Source: Candidatus Ozemobacteraceae bacterium
GTDB lineage: Bacteria > Muiribacteriota > Ozemobacteria > Ozemobacterales > Ozemobacteraceae
Direction: 5' to 3'
DNA: 64,000 nt
Assembly (NCBI GenBank): GCA_965140445.1
Contig: OZ223236.1
Span: 1,632,001-1,696,000, forward strand
Shown: positions 47,627 to 57,672 of the stretch, in pieces
Layout: each line of letters opens with the position of its first letter
How positions within the stretch are numbered: the stretch's first letter is position 1
The notes under the pieces: generated by a model
What the model saw: the letters and a program-made list of their open reading frames with translations, nothing else
The model's database searches: none
Told to the model about the DNA's origin: nothing
Program-made: the position numbers and the translations under genes

Positions 47627-47773
47627 AATTTAAAGTTGCCTGAGTGCAAATGTCTTCAATGGAATTTAACGGTTTTCAAAAAAAATGTAAAGCTTCAAAA
47701 CCTGATTGGACTAATTTAGCAGGATAATTTATTATAACATGCAAATAAAGAAACTTGGGAAAACAACACCTTA

Positions 47774-50671
47774 ATGATTCGACGATTGAAAAGCTTATTG
47801 CCGCTTATTTTTCCTCTTATTTTAACCATGTTGCCATTTGGAGTTTTATACTTTAACGAGCTGCAAAAGGTTGAGGTCGAGAGAGAAAGAGAAGCCACAT
47901 ATTGGGAGCAACAGGCGAAAAACTACTTGCAGCTTTTTAGGTCTCAGCACTCTTTTGAAGGACAATGCAGCAGTAGAATTGTCATGATGCATTCTTTTTT
48001 ACGAAGATCTATTGAAGAAAAAAAGCGAATAGATAGCGGGTATTTTTCAAGAGTAGTTAAGTTTTTTTTTAATGATGGCTTGAAAACAGAATTTGTTTAT
48101 GCAGGGATTTTGAATAAAAAGTCTGGGAAACTGGTTTTTTTTAAAGGAAAAAATTTCAGAAAGCAAAAGCAAGCCGTTTTAAGAAGAGTTCTAGAGCCTC
48201 TTGCTATGCCTTTAGACCCCGATAGTGGAAATTCTTTTAAAAATAACAAATTATGTAAAAGTATTTTTGGGCCAAGGATTTCTTTTGATTTATTAAAGAG
48301 CTCTTTTAAGGGTAAAGGAAAACCTTTTTTAGGTAAGTTTGATAAAATTTTCCGATATTCTGTAATTGATTCTGTTGATTTATCTGAAGAGAAAGCTCTT
48401 GTCTATCTTTTTGTTTTTCCTAGAGATAGCGTCGACAGAGCAAAACGTCTCGCCATTGGACTGTCAGCTTTTAAAAATGAGCGCAAAGGAGTCTATCCAG
48501 CAATTGTACCTCTTGAGTTTGCTGACAACGGCGAAAAAATCTATTTTGGCAGCGATTTTCCTCTAGCATTAAAAGGAAAGCTTATTGAACTTCTGGGAGA
48601 ACTGAAAAAAAATAGATTCCAGCGAGAAGACGACTTTCCAATCGGAAAGGTTTCTAATGCAAAAAAAATGAAAATTTTGCGGGAATTCATTAGCTATCAG
48701 GTTCCGTATGAATTATGGCTTATCGGTGATAATTCAGGACCCGGAAGAAATAGAATCCCCTCTTTTGTTTTTCTTATCTTGCTGGTGCTTGGAGCTGGTT
48801 TTGTTGGGGCTTTTTCCAGAGTAATGATTTTTGGGCATCCTATCGGTGTGAGCATTAGGGTTTGGTTAAACTTACTTTTTGCTTTAATTGGGATTGTTCC
48901 CCTTATTGTTTTATATACCGCAGGAGCAATGCAGATCGAAACAACGGCTTTTCGAAGTGAGCAGTTAGCCGTTAAAGACACCCTTCAGATGCTGGAAGAA
49001 GCGGATACTTCCGGAAATATGATTTTAGCCGAATACAGGCAAGTGATGAGAAACTTTTCTTTAAATCCTGAATGGAAAAAGCTCTTAAGTTCAAGAGATA
49101 AAGCAGACTGGGAAAAGGCAAGCAAAATTGTTGAGGCAACAATCGCTAAGAGTGGTCTTACTACCAGCTCTTTTGGTGTTATTCCGCCATCTTTTTCCAA
49201 TGTTAAAGATTGGTTGATCATTTTTGACAGATGGGTAAAAGACAGACCTCTTGAAATTAGAAGAGTTAATTTTCTTTTGCCCTGGTTCGCAAAGTCTTAT
49301 TCTATGTTATTCCCTGAAGAGTCTGGAGACGTAGAAGTTAGTCTTCCATTTTTCTCAGGAAAGATTGGTGATGAGGTTATAGCATTTTTTTTATCCTTAA
49401 GATCTGATATTGATGTGGTGGTTTCTGAGAATTTAAAATACTTCATTGCTCATGATTATATTTTAAAAAATGGAAAACCTTATAATTGGTATTTTCTCAG
49501 GTCAAAAATTGATCAGGTGTTTGAAAAATATCTGCGTGACAAAGTTGAAACTCTTCAAATCAGTTATCCTGACAGCTTTTTTTCGCTATCAGAAATAGGC
49601 AATGTTGATGCGCCTTTTATTCTTCCTAATTTTAAGAATAAACTCTCTGGCAGGATGTATAAGTATGCTTCAAAATGGATTAAGCAAGCTTCCTCAACCG
49701 GAGCAAAACTAGTCAGGAAACTTGATGATGGAATTCTTGTAGTTTTCCCTTGTCAGACCTCTGGACCATATATTTTAAGCGCTATGATTTCTTTCTCAGA
49801 CATAAGGGATAATGTTAGAAGGCAGAAATATTACTTGATTATAATCGTCTGGTTGCTTGTTATTCCCGTTCTGGTATTGGCAAGACTTCTAACCGAATAC
49901 GTAGTCCAGCCCTTGAAAACTGTAGAAAGAGGTATCTCAAGGATTGCCGAAGAAGATTTCTCGGTTGAGGTAAAACTTAATCGTACAGACGAATTGGGGA
50001 ACCTGGCGGACGCTTTTGAAAGAATGCGGTTAGGTATTTTGGAGAGAGTAAACCTTGGGAGATTTGTTTCTGCCAGTCTTGATGCAGAGGTTGCTCAGAA
50101 GAATGAAGACGATGTGGGAATGAAGTCAAAGTTTGGTGCAATTCTTTGCTCTGATATACGCAACTTCACCACTTTAAGTGAATTACATCCTGTCAGGGAT
50201 ATTGTTGAGATGCTTAATCAGCACCTGGGAAAAATGGCTGAATGTATTCAAAGCGAAAATGGCATGGTTGAGCAATTTGTTGGAGATGCTATTATTGCAG
50301 CTTTTCATGATGATGATCCGGAAAAAGCTGCAAAAAAAGCCGTGTTAGCAGCTGTCAGAATGTATGAAGCTCACAAAGAGCTTAATATTCAAAGAAAGCT
50401 CAGGGGAAAATTTCAATATGAGTTCGGAATAGGTATTGATGGAGGAAAACTTCTTTCAGGAACTATCGAAGCTAAGGGTAGAAGAGAATATCTTATAATC
50501 GGAAAAGCTAGAAATACTGCAGAACAGCTTGAAGGGCTTTCCAAACAGGGAAAACATACAAAAATAATTCTTACCGAATCATTAAAAGAAATGGTAAAAG
50601 ATGAACACAATTTTGTTATCTTAGACGGTTCGGATTTTTATGAGCTTCTTATATCGGAGAACAATTCATGA
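47774..50671 (+). CDS. Membrane HAMP + class III cyclase protein retaining only the metal-binding (C1-like) half of the active site
   Basis: Several TMs, HAMP (RTDELGNLADAFERM), LCSDIRNFT, EQFVGDA, EYLIIGKARNTAEQLE. Confidence 0.85.
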   Translation: MIRRLKSLLPLIFPLILTMLPFGVLYFNELQKVEVEREREATYWEQQAKNYLQLFRSQHSFEGQCSSRIVMMHSFLRRSIEEKKRIDSGYFSRVVKFFFNDGLKTEFVYAGILNKKSGKLVFFKGKNFRKQKQAVLRRVLEPLAMPLDPDSGNSFKNNKLCKSIFGPRISFDLLKSSFKGKGKPFLGKFDKIFRYSVIDSVDLSEEKALVYLFVFPRDSVDRAKRLAIGLSAFKNERKGVYPAIVPLEFADNGEKIYFGSDFPLALKGKLIELLGELKKNRFQREDDFPIGKVSNAKKMKILREFISYQVPYELWLIGDNSGPGRNRIPSFVFLILLVLGAGFVGAFSRVMIFGHPIGVSIRVWLNLLFALIGIVPLIVLYTAGAMQIETTAFRSEQLAVKDTLQMLEEADTSGNMILAEYRQVMRNFSLNPEWKKLLSSRDKADWEKASKIVEATIAKSGLTTSSFGVIPPSFSNVKDWLIIFDRWVKDRPLEIRRVNFLLPWFAKSYSMLFPEESGDVEVSLPFFSGKIGDEVIAFFLSLRSDIDVVVSENLKYFIAHDYILKNGKPYNWYFLRSKIDQVFEKYLRDKVETLQISYPDSFFSLSEIGNVDAPFILPNFKNKLSGRMYKYASKWIKQASSTGAKLVRKLDDGILVVFPCQTSGPYILSAMISFSDIRDNVRRQKYYLIIIVWLLVIPVLVLARLLTEYVVQPLKTVERGISRIAEEDFSVEVKLNRTDELGNLADAFERMRLGILERVNLGRFVSASLDAEVAQKNEDDVGMKSKFGAILCSDIRNFTTLSELHPVRDIVEMLNQHLGKMAECIQSENGMVEQFVGDAIIAAFHDDDPEKAAKKAVLAAVRMYEAHKELNIQRKLRGKFQYEFGIGIDGGKLLSGTIEAKGRREYLIIGKARNTAEQLEGLSKQGKHTKIILTESLKEMVKDEHNFVILDGSDFYELLISENNS

Positions 50672-53600
50672 AGCTTGCAAAGACATTATTTTTAACATTG
50701 GCACTTGGAGCTTTGTTTCTTCTAATTCTTAGTTTAGAACCTAGAATGTCATACACAAAAACCCAGGCAAAAAGGGTTGCAAATGGATTTAAGATTGCTG
50801 AGAGAATGAATCAGGAAACAAAGTATGATTTTCAGGTTCAAAGCTGGCTGAATAAGTTTAAGACAGATCTAATAAATCGAAGAGAGCTATTTTTTGATAC
50901 AGATGAGATTCCTGAATACTTAAAAAAATGGTTACCAATAGAAAAAATCCTTGTTGTTGAGTCTTCTGACGATGGTGTGCTAAAACGAGCAAATACTTTT
51001 GGAACAGACTTTCCTCTTGACTGGGTTGTTAGTTTTCTTAAAGCCGACTGCCTTCTAAGAGAAAAAACTGAAGATGAGATTGAAGAGGGGCTTCTCGACG
51101 AGCTGGAAAAAAATGTATCTAAGGGTTTCTACAATCTAATAGGTAATAGGGTTACAAAATTAAAAGTTGTTCTCAGGCAAGCATCCAAGATGGTTCTTGA
51201 GCAAAGCGAAACGGGAACAAAGGCTCTATTGTGGGATAAATTTAGATTGGGAGAACGGGTTGGCTATATTTTTATTAAACTTGATTTTCTAAAGTTTAAC
51301 TCACTCTATCCTATAAAATCATTTTTCAAATTTGGGGAGGATTCAGGTTATAACTGCGCTTTCTACTTTCTTGGCTCAAAAAAGATCCTGGGTAATCCTG
51401 GCTTTATGAGCAAAATTGAAAGTGACTTTGTAAAATGGTTAGAAGCTAAATTGGGAGAAATAGGAGAAAGGCCTGCGAAGGCAAATTATAGAGGGCAGGA
51501 AGTTTTTATTGGCTCTAAATCCTATACCTATGACTTTAGACCGCTTGTTATTTTACCTGAAGATATTAATAGCAAACTTTCACTTTCCTGGAAGTTTAAA
51601 CTGGTTTTTCTTATTCTTTTCTTTCTTGTATTAATAATGGTTACAGAAACTCTTATTTTTCAAAGGGGTTTTAAACAGAATCTTGGACGAGTATTAGCCG
51701 GTGCTTTTATGTTGGCTATTTTGATGCCTTTTTTTGTTGCCAGATCAGTTTTCTTAAGAACCCTTATTGAAAACTCAGAAAAAGAAAGATTAAAAATTGA
51801 AAGAGATTTACACGACACATTAATTGGACTTGACGAAGGGGTTCGAATTTTTCACATGAACCTTCTTGCTAATCTGAAGAACTATTGTCGAACCCCATCT
51901 GTTGTTAAATCTATTCTTAATGAAGAAAGAATGGAAGGCAATACTGGTGACATAGATAAGGTTTTTTCCTCCATAAAAGCTGATGAAATTAAACTTAATC
52001 CAAGTTGGGCGGAAGATTTTACCGTGAACGATTCAATTGCAGAATATATAGCTTCTGCTGGAATTCAAATTCTTAGAAAAGATCTAAACTTCTCCCCGGA
52101 GAAAGAGCAGATTATAAACTCTATATTGGTTTCTGGGCCGAATTCATTTATAAGATTTTTTGATAGACAAAGAAGAAAAACGTTGGCAAAAAGATCGCTA
52201 GGTAAAAATGATAATACCTATTATTTGTTGGAATTTTTTAGAAGTAATTTTGCTGAGCGGTTAAATAAAAAAATTATCCATCCAGGATTTGATCGAAAAA
52301 AAATAGGTGCTGTGTCATCGCTTGATGCAAATGGACTTCAGTTTGAGATGGCTGAGAAGGAACTTGTTACCGCGATCGGAGAAGGTCGTACCTATAATAA
52401 GCTTATAAATGCAGACAGTTTAAATTGGTTCCAAACCTCTGTTGGCTTCGTTCATTTTGCTCTATTCCCATGTGAAGTAAATGGTATAATTCGATATTTT
52501 ATTTCAGCTGCCTGGGATGAGTTTGCGATAGATCCATTGTTTTTGAGGCGCAAATTTATTCAGCTTGGAAAAACTAATACAGGTGGGGAACCAACTCATT
52601 TTCAGGCTTATAGTCCTATGATTAGAGATAATCTTTCAAGCAATGAAACAGAATCTAGATTGCTAACAAATTTAATTAATAGTTGTCTTAAAAAGGGCCA
52701 AATTATGCGCGAAGAAACCTTTGAGGGAGTTGGTAGCGAAGGTGCCGCCCTCTATGAGGTTATCCCGGGAAAATTTATTAAACTTTATACGATTGGGGCA
52801 AAGAAAGAGACGGGATTTCTAAAAAAAGAATACAAAAAAAGGCAAATGATTTTTAATATCGGGATTTTCATTTTCATTATTTTCTCCATTGTCGCAGGAT
52901 TTAATATCAGCAGATCTTTCACAAATCCTTTAGAGCACCTACTATGGGGGATGAGTAGAATTGATCAGAATGATTATAAAGTGAGACTTAAAACTAGTAG
53001 AGAAGATGAGTTTGGCTCTCTTTCTGTTGCTTTTAACAGAATGGCAAAAAGGCTTCAGGAAAAGGATTTGCTGGACAAATATGTTTCTCAATCAGTTAAA
53101 AAGCTTACCAGCGAGCCTGAGTTGTTTGCTAAGGCTCAATTAGGCTCAGAAGAGTGGGTAACTATTCTTTTTGCAGATCTTATCGGGTTTAAAGAACTTC
53201 AAGAAAGCAGTTCAGACGAAGACATCCAAAAAGCAGTAGAAACAGGGTTGTCATTCTTTTTTGAAGCTGCTGAAAAGAGCGGCGGAGAAGTGGATAAGGT
53301 TATTGGCGAAAAAGTGTTAATTACTTTTAGACATGATCAAATGGGTGATGATAAAGCTGCTCAAGCGGCTATAGATGTGGCACGCGATATTTCTGGAAAA
53401 TTTGAAGGTGTAGGTAGCTTAGTTCCTTACTTTGGCATCAATTCTGGGAAAGTAATCGCAGGAATTATAGGAACTCCATCGGTAAGAATGGACTACACGG
53501 TAATTGGGGATCCCGTAAATGTTGCAGCTAGATTGTGTGGCGTTGCCTCAAATACCGGTAACAAAGTTGTAATTTCAGGAATCACTCGTGAAATTCTGGC

Positions 53601-53688
53601 AAGTAAAAAAATGGCTTTTGAAAAGCTGGATGTTAAAAATGTAAAAGGTAAAAAGCAGGAAGTTGAAGCTTTTAAGCTTGTTATTTAA
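50668..53688 (+). CDS. Membrane HAMP + class III cyclase protein retaining the substrate/transition-state (C2-like) residues
   Basis: HAMP (REDEFGSLSVAFNRM), LFADLIGF, DKVIGEK, DYTVIGDPVNVAARL. Confidence 0.85.
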   Translation: MKLAKTLFLTLALGALFLLILSLEPRMSYTKTQAKRVANGFKIAERMNQETKYDFQVQSWLNKFKTDLINRRELFFDTDEIPEYLKKWLPIEKILVVESSDDGVLKRANTFGTDFPLDWVVSFLKADCLLREKTEDEIEEGLLDELEKNVSKGFYNLIGNRVTKLKVVLRQASKMVLEQSETGTKALLWDKFRLGERVGYIFIKLDFLKFNSLYPIKSFFKFGEDSGYNCAFYFLGSKKILGNPGFMSKIESDFVKWLEAKLGEIGERPAKANYRGQEVFIGSKSYTYDFRPLVILPEDINSKLSLSWKFKLVFLILFFLVLIMVTETLIFQRGFKQNLGRVLAGAFMLAILMPFFVARSVFLRTLIENSEKERLKIERDLHDTLIGLDEGVRIFHMNLLANLKNYCRTPSVVKSILNEERMEGNTGDIDKVFSSIKADEIKLNPSWAEDFTVNDSIAEYIASAGIQILRKDLNFSPEKEQIINSILVSGPNSFIRFFDRQRRKTLAKRSLGKNDNTYYLLEFFRSNFAERLNKKIIHPGFDRKKIGAVSSLDANGLQFEMAEKELVTAIGEGRTYNKLINADSLNWFQTSVGFVHFALFPCEVNGIIRYFISAAWDEFAIDPLFLRRKFIQLGKTNTGGEPTHFQAYSPMIRDNLSSNETESRLLTNLINSCLKKGQIMREETFEGVGSEGAALYEVIPGKFIKLYTIGAKKETGFLKKEYKKRQMIFNIGIFIFIIFSIVAGFNISRSFTNPLEHLLWGMSRIDQNDYKVRLKTSREDEFGSLSVAFNRMAKRLQEKDLLDKYVSQSVKKLTSEPELFAKAQLGSEEWVTILFADLIGFKELQESSSDEDIQKAVETGLSFFFEAAEKSGGEVDKVIGEKVLITFRHDQMGDDKAAQAAIDVARDISGKFEGVGSLVPYFGINSGKVIAGIIGTPSVRMDYTVIGDPVNVAARLCGVASNTGNKVVISGITREILASKKMAFEKLDVKNVKGKKQEVEAFKLVI

Positions 53689-54685
53689 CTTTTTCAATTT
53701 TAAATTTTGCTATAACAGGAACATGATCTGAAATTCTTGGGGTAAGAATCCTATTTTCACTGGTTAAATTTATTTTTGCTGTACCTTGTTTAAGCAGGAT
53801 ATAGTCTAGTTTTCTTTCTAGATGGTTTCCGGCAGTGGGTTTTAGGTTTTTATTCTGAATAAAATTTACCCCAAGTGTTTTAAAAACATAGTTAGGAGTA
53901 AGATTTAGATCTCCGCAGATAGCTGTAGGAACATTTCTATCTTTAAAATAATTTGTCAAAAGAGGAAGTTGAGAAAAATTTGGTTTGATTCGCATCTCTC
54001 GTCTTGCTGAATAAAGATGGGTGTTTACAAAGTTGACTTTGAAACCATTTATTACAATCTCAGAGATTAAAAATCCTTTTCCAGCCAGCAATTCTTCAAA
54101 TCTAAAATTCAGCCAGCTTGGGTACCTTAAAAATGTGACTTTATTAATCTTGAATTTGCTTAAACTTAATAACCCTGAGCGATTAAATAACGGATTAAAT
54201 GAGAAGGTCGCATTGTATTCAGGAAGCAGTTCAATGATTTTTTTTGCCCAATGATTAGTCCATACCTCCTGAAGTGCTACTAGATCTGGATTCTCTTTCT
54301 TCACAATTTTTACCAGGTCTGAAATTCTATCTTCATGGCGATTAGCAAAAGGTTGGGGGAGTAAAAACATATTGCATGTCATAGCTTTAATGCTTTTGCT
54401 GCTAGTTTTTCGGGTTTGTTTCTCTGATCTATCAATTAAAACAACATCAGACTCTTGAAGGCTCGCAAGTTCCTTAAAGTGTAGCTTTTCAAATACTTTA
54501 AAAGTTAATCCAAAGATAGAGGCAAATTGAAAATTTCTAAAATGTGTTTCCAAACTTTCCCAGGCTTTTGGTTTACTTGGTTTAAAAAAGGCTACGCTTT
54601 TATCACCATTGGCATTGAGAGCCATGCTAAGAAGCAATAGCGTCATAAGCGTTGAGCTCAAAAAGCTTTTTTTGAACTGATTCAT
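53681..54685 (-). CDS. Exported endonuclease/exonuclease/phosphatase-family protein (sphingomyelinase-like)
   Basis: MTCN, DLVALQEVW, SGLLSLS, NTHL, CGDLN, LDYI, SDHVPV; start moved to MNQFKK, where a signal peptide begins. Confidence 0.85.
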   Translation of the reverse strand: MNQFKKSFLSSTLMTLLLLSMALNANGDKSVAFFKPSKPKAWESLETHFRNFQFASIFGLTFKVFEKLHFKELASLQESDVVLIDRSEKQTRKTSSKSIKAMTCNMFLLPQPFANRHEDRISDLVKIVKKENPDLVALQEVWTNHWAKKIIELLPEYNATFSFNPLFNRSGLLSLSKFKINKVTFLRYPSWLNFRFEELLAGKGFLISEIVINGFKVNFVNTHLYSARREMRIKPNFSQLPLLTNYFKDRNVPTAICGDLNLTPNYVFKTLGVNFIQNKNLKPTAGNHLERKLDYILLKQGTAKINLTSENRILTPRISDHVPVIAKFKIEKVK

Positions 54686-54979
54686 GAGCTGATTGTAATA
54701 AAAATAAAAAAAATGTGATATAGGGGTTTTGGGGTGAAAAACGATGAAAAACTTAATAAAGTAGAGATATGTCTCTTTAAAAGCCGAAAATCGAGTTACA
54801 GTTGTATTAAAAATAAGACGAAGAATAAAATAGAAGCTAAGAGAAATGGGAAAACCCCCCTTGCGGCTGAAAAATAAGGAGTCCGAAATGAGCAAACAAA
54901 AATCGGAGACTTTAGGGCAAACTGTATCTCAAGTTTTACTGAATCTGCCAGTTCTTAAAAAAATTAACCAAACGTTTTC

Positions 54980-55007
54980 TAAACCACTCTTAAGTATTGG
55001 CAGATAA
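54980..55007 (+). promoter_or_regulatory. Possible sigma28-type promoter
   Basis: TAAA-N16-GCAGATAA upstream of RBS GGAGG and ATG 55029. Confidence 0.35.
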
Positions 55008-55028
55008 TCAAATCCTGGAGGTTCACAA

Positions 55029-56042
55029 ATGGCAGTCGAAAAAATCGTTGCTCGGATGTATGACTTGAATCCTGCAACACCAAAAACGACACAAGCATCT
55101 GAAAACGGATTTGAAGAGGCAATGAAAACAGCAACAGAGAAAAGCGACAAGGAAGTCTGCTCTTATTGCGCTACTCATGCAGCAGACTCTACTGTTGATA
55201 GTAGTTCGCAGACTTCTGAAGCTGCAGAGTCAGATGCCGCATCATCTGCATCAGACTCAGAAAGCAATGAAACATTTGCATATCGATTCTCGATGTTTGT
55301 TAGGGTTACTTCCAGTCATGAACAAGTAGCGAGTGGTCTTGGAAGTATGTTTCATCAGGCTGCCAGAGGAGTAGTAAATGCTTTGAAGTCTGATGAATCC
55401 TGTGGCTGTAATCTGATCGACAATTTTTTCAGCAAAGCACAGGCAAAAGTTGATGTTGGAATTAACCAAAGCCAAAACTTTCTTAAAGATATTATTGAAG
55501 CAGCGGATACTGGTATTAAATCGATTTCAAATGCAATGCTTGGGAACTCATGGATGTCTGGAATGGCAAGTATGAGCGGAATGTCAGGCATGAATCTTTC
55601 AATGAATTCATCAATGCCAGGCACTTCTGGATCTGATATTGCCGGTTTATATCTGAAAGAAGCAATGAACTCAATGAGTAGCTATGGTTCCAGCGCTGTT
55701 GGATCAAGTGCGACAAGCAAGGGAAGTGCGGGTCTTCAACTGATTTCAAGTTCTCAAATCTCAAGTTCTAAAATAGAAACAGCGGTTCCAGAAGAAAATA
55801 AAACAGAAAAAATTGGGGAAAAGCGATTGGAATTACTAGATAAGTTTCTTGCGATGATGGATGAGTTTATGGAAAAGAGTCCTCCTGAATCAGAAAAACC
55901 ATTCTTTTCACAGATTGAATTAGCTATTTTTCGAGCTACCGGAAGTGGCGAGGCAGTAAAAACTGATGAAACAGATTCCGCTGAAGAAGTTTCTAAAGAA
56001 AACAACGAAGCAGCAGAAGTCGCTGAAACTGTTACTGTTTAA
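55029..56042 (+). CDS. Hypothetical Ser/Met/Glu-rich protein
   Basis: Strong RBS GGAGG; CSYC motif; MSGMASMSGMSGM repeat. Confidence 0.75.
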   Translation: MAVEKIVARMYDLNPATPKTTQASENGFEEAMKTATEKSDKEVCSYCATHAADSTVDSSSQTSEAAESDAASSASDSESNETFAYRFSMFVRVTSSHEQVASGLGSMFHQAARGVVNALKSDESCGCNLIDNFFSKAQAKVDVGINQSQNFLKDIIEAADTGIKSISNAMLGNSWMSGMASMSGMSGMNLSMNSSMPGTSGSDIAGLYLKEAMNSMSSYGSSAVGSSATSKGSAGLQLISSSQISSSKIETAVPEENKTEKIGEKRLELLDKFLAMMDEFMEKSPPESEKPFFSQIELAIFRATGSGEAVKTDETDSAEEVSKENNEAAEVAETVTV

Positions 56043-56098
56043 ATTTCATAGATAGATTTGGGAGTTAAGGGATTTGGGATATAGTTGATCTACGATTG

Positions 56099-56129
56099 GG
56101 CCGTGCCATACAAGGCACGGCCATTTTTT
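56099..56129. terminator. Terminator between convergent genes
   Basis: ggccgtgcc-atacaa-ggcacggcc-atttttt. Confidence 0.75.
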
Positions 56130-56952
56130 ATGTTCTAGTTGGTATAATTTTACTGAACTCCAGCCCTGTTTCTGAAACAATCGCTTTCAGAGCTATTGCT
56201 TCAACACCTTCTGATAAAACCTTTCTCAGGACTCTGGCATACTCTGGATCAATTTCTTCTGCGGGACCCATCCATTCTGCACTGTTTCGTTCAACAAAAA
56301 ATAAAATAACCGCTCTTGCTCCATTTGATTTTAATTGGGTTAGCTCCATCAAGTGTTTTTGTCCTCGAGTAGTTACTGCATCTGGAAATGTTGAGCCATT
56401 GCCATCAGCTAATAAAGTTACATTCTTAACTTCAATGAAACATGGTGGAAGTGTTTGGCTTTTTTGGGATTTTTTTAATGGCGGTAGCTCGATGTATCTT
56501 TTTGGATTCGGTTTGAAGAATTTGCATAGCTCAAGATCATTTGGATCATTGAATAGAACAAGATCAAGTCTACTTTTGTCCGAAATTTTTACTTCTGCCT
56601 GAGCAAAGCTATAGCCAGTAAGCTCAGGGATTAAATTTTTTACTATAGCATTTAAAACTGCCTTGTTTGGGTTTGAAGTATTAACTCCTACCCAGCCATC
56701 TTTCATGTAAACCGCTTGAAGAGTGTATTTTAATTTTCTTGTAGGAACCTGAGAAAAATCTGAAAGAATTACAGGCGCACCATTTTCCCAGCAAGTTTTC
56801 ATACTTCCAGAATTTGGAACGTGAACTGTAACTATTTCCCCGTTTTTAAGCTCCACATCAGCAAGAAATCTTTTGTACCGATTTATAATTTTGCCTTCAA
56901 TAAGTGGTCTTTCAAATTCATAAATTGATTTGTTCATTAATTTTCTCCACAA
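56128..56952 (-). CDS. sfsA: Sugar fermentation stimulation protein A (DNA/RNA nuclease SfsA)
   Basis: RYKRFLADV, HVPNSGSM, SRLD, FIEVKNVTL, FPDAVTTRGQKHL. Confidence 0.92.
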   Translation of the reverse strand: MWRKLMNKSIYEFERPLIEGKIINRYKRFLADVELKNGEIVTVHVPNSGSMKTCWENGAPVILSDFSQVPTRKLKYTLQAVYMKDGWVGVNTSNPNKAVLNAIVKNLIPELTGYSFAQAEVKISDKSRLDLVLFNDPNDLELCKFFKPNPKRYIELPPLKKSQKSQTLPPCFIEVKNVTLLADGNGSTFPDAVTTRGQKHLMELTQLKSNGARAVILFFVERNSAEWMGPAEEIDPEYARVLRKVLSEGVEAIALKAIVSETGLEFSKIIPTRT

Positions 56953-57015
56953 TATGTAGATAAAGAATTTAAGATAGAGGTCAAGTTAATTAGAATTTGA
57001 AATAATGGTGGAAAT

Positions 57016-57594
57016 ATGAAAGCAATTGCAATTTGTGGCAGCCCAAGAAAAAATGGAAACACAGAGACTATGCTGAAAATAGTCCTGGAGAGACTTGAAA
57101 AGACTGGAATAGAAACTGAGTTAATAAGGCTAAGTGGTAAAAATATTCGAACCTGTATTGCCTGTGGTGGATGCAAAAAAACAAAGGACAGAACCTGCTC
57201 CATAAAAGGAGATGACTTTCATTCTATTCTGGGAAAAATGATAGATGCAGATGTAATTTTATTAGGAACTCCAGTGTATTTTGGCTCTGCTACGTCAGAG
57301 CTGACAGCGGTTTTACATAGGGCTGGATATGTGGCGAGGGCAAATGGGGGATTATTTGATGAAAAAATTGGCGCCCCTGTAGTTGTGGCAAGGCGTGCCG
57401 GGCAAAACTTTACCTTTGCTCAATTAATGTTCTGGTACACAATTAATAACATGATTGTCCCTGGATCAGGATACTGGAACATTGGTTTTGGCCGTGAGCC
57501 TGGTGATGTGGTTGCAGATTCTGAAGGAATCGATAACCTGAACCATCTTGCTACAAATCTAATTAATCTTGCTGAAAAGTTATACTCCTGTTAA
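57016..57594 (+). CDS. Iron-sulfur flavoprotein (flavodoxin-like)
   Basis: GSPRKNGNT, CIACGGC..C, GTPVYFG, ARRAG. Confidence 0.9.
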   Translation: MKAIAICGSPRKNGNTETMLKIVLERLEKTGIETELIRLSGKNIRTCIACGGCKKTKDRTCSIKGDDFHSILGKMIDADVILLGTPVYFGSATSELTAVLHRAGYVARANGGLFDEKIGAPVVVARRAGQNFTFAQLMFWYTINNMIVPGSGYWNIGFGREPGDVVADSEGIDNLNHLATNLINLAEKLYSC

Positions 57595-57672
57595 TTAAAC
57601 TAAAAATAGAAACTACTCTGAAATTGATAGAGAAATGGCTTAAGGAAATACTTATAAAAGGATGTTAGATAA

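Noticed and set aside
54686..54895. N-terminal extension of the EEP gene in the ORF track
   Set aside because: It is AT-rich intergenic-like sequence; the signal peptide starts at 54685
54840..54960. c-di-GMP-I riboswitch suggested by AGGGCAAAC
   Set aside because: The following GAAA-tetraloop stem and GACGCAAAG elements are absent
56096..56602. 168-aa plus-strand ORF
   Set aside because: It is antisense to the well-supported sfsA
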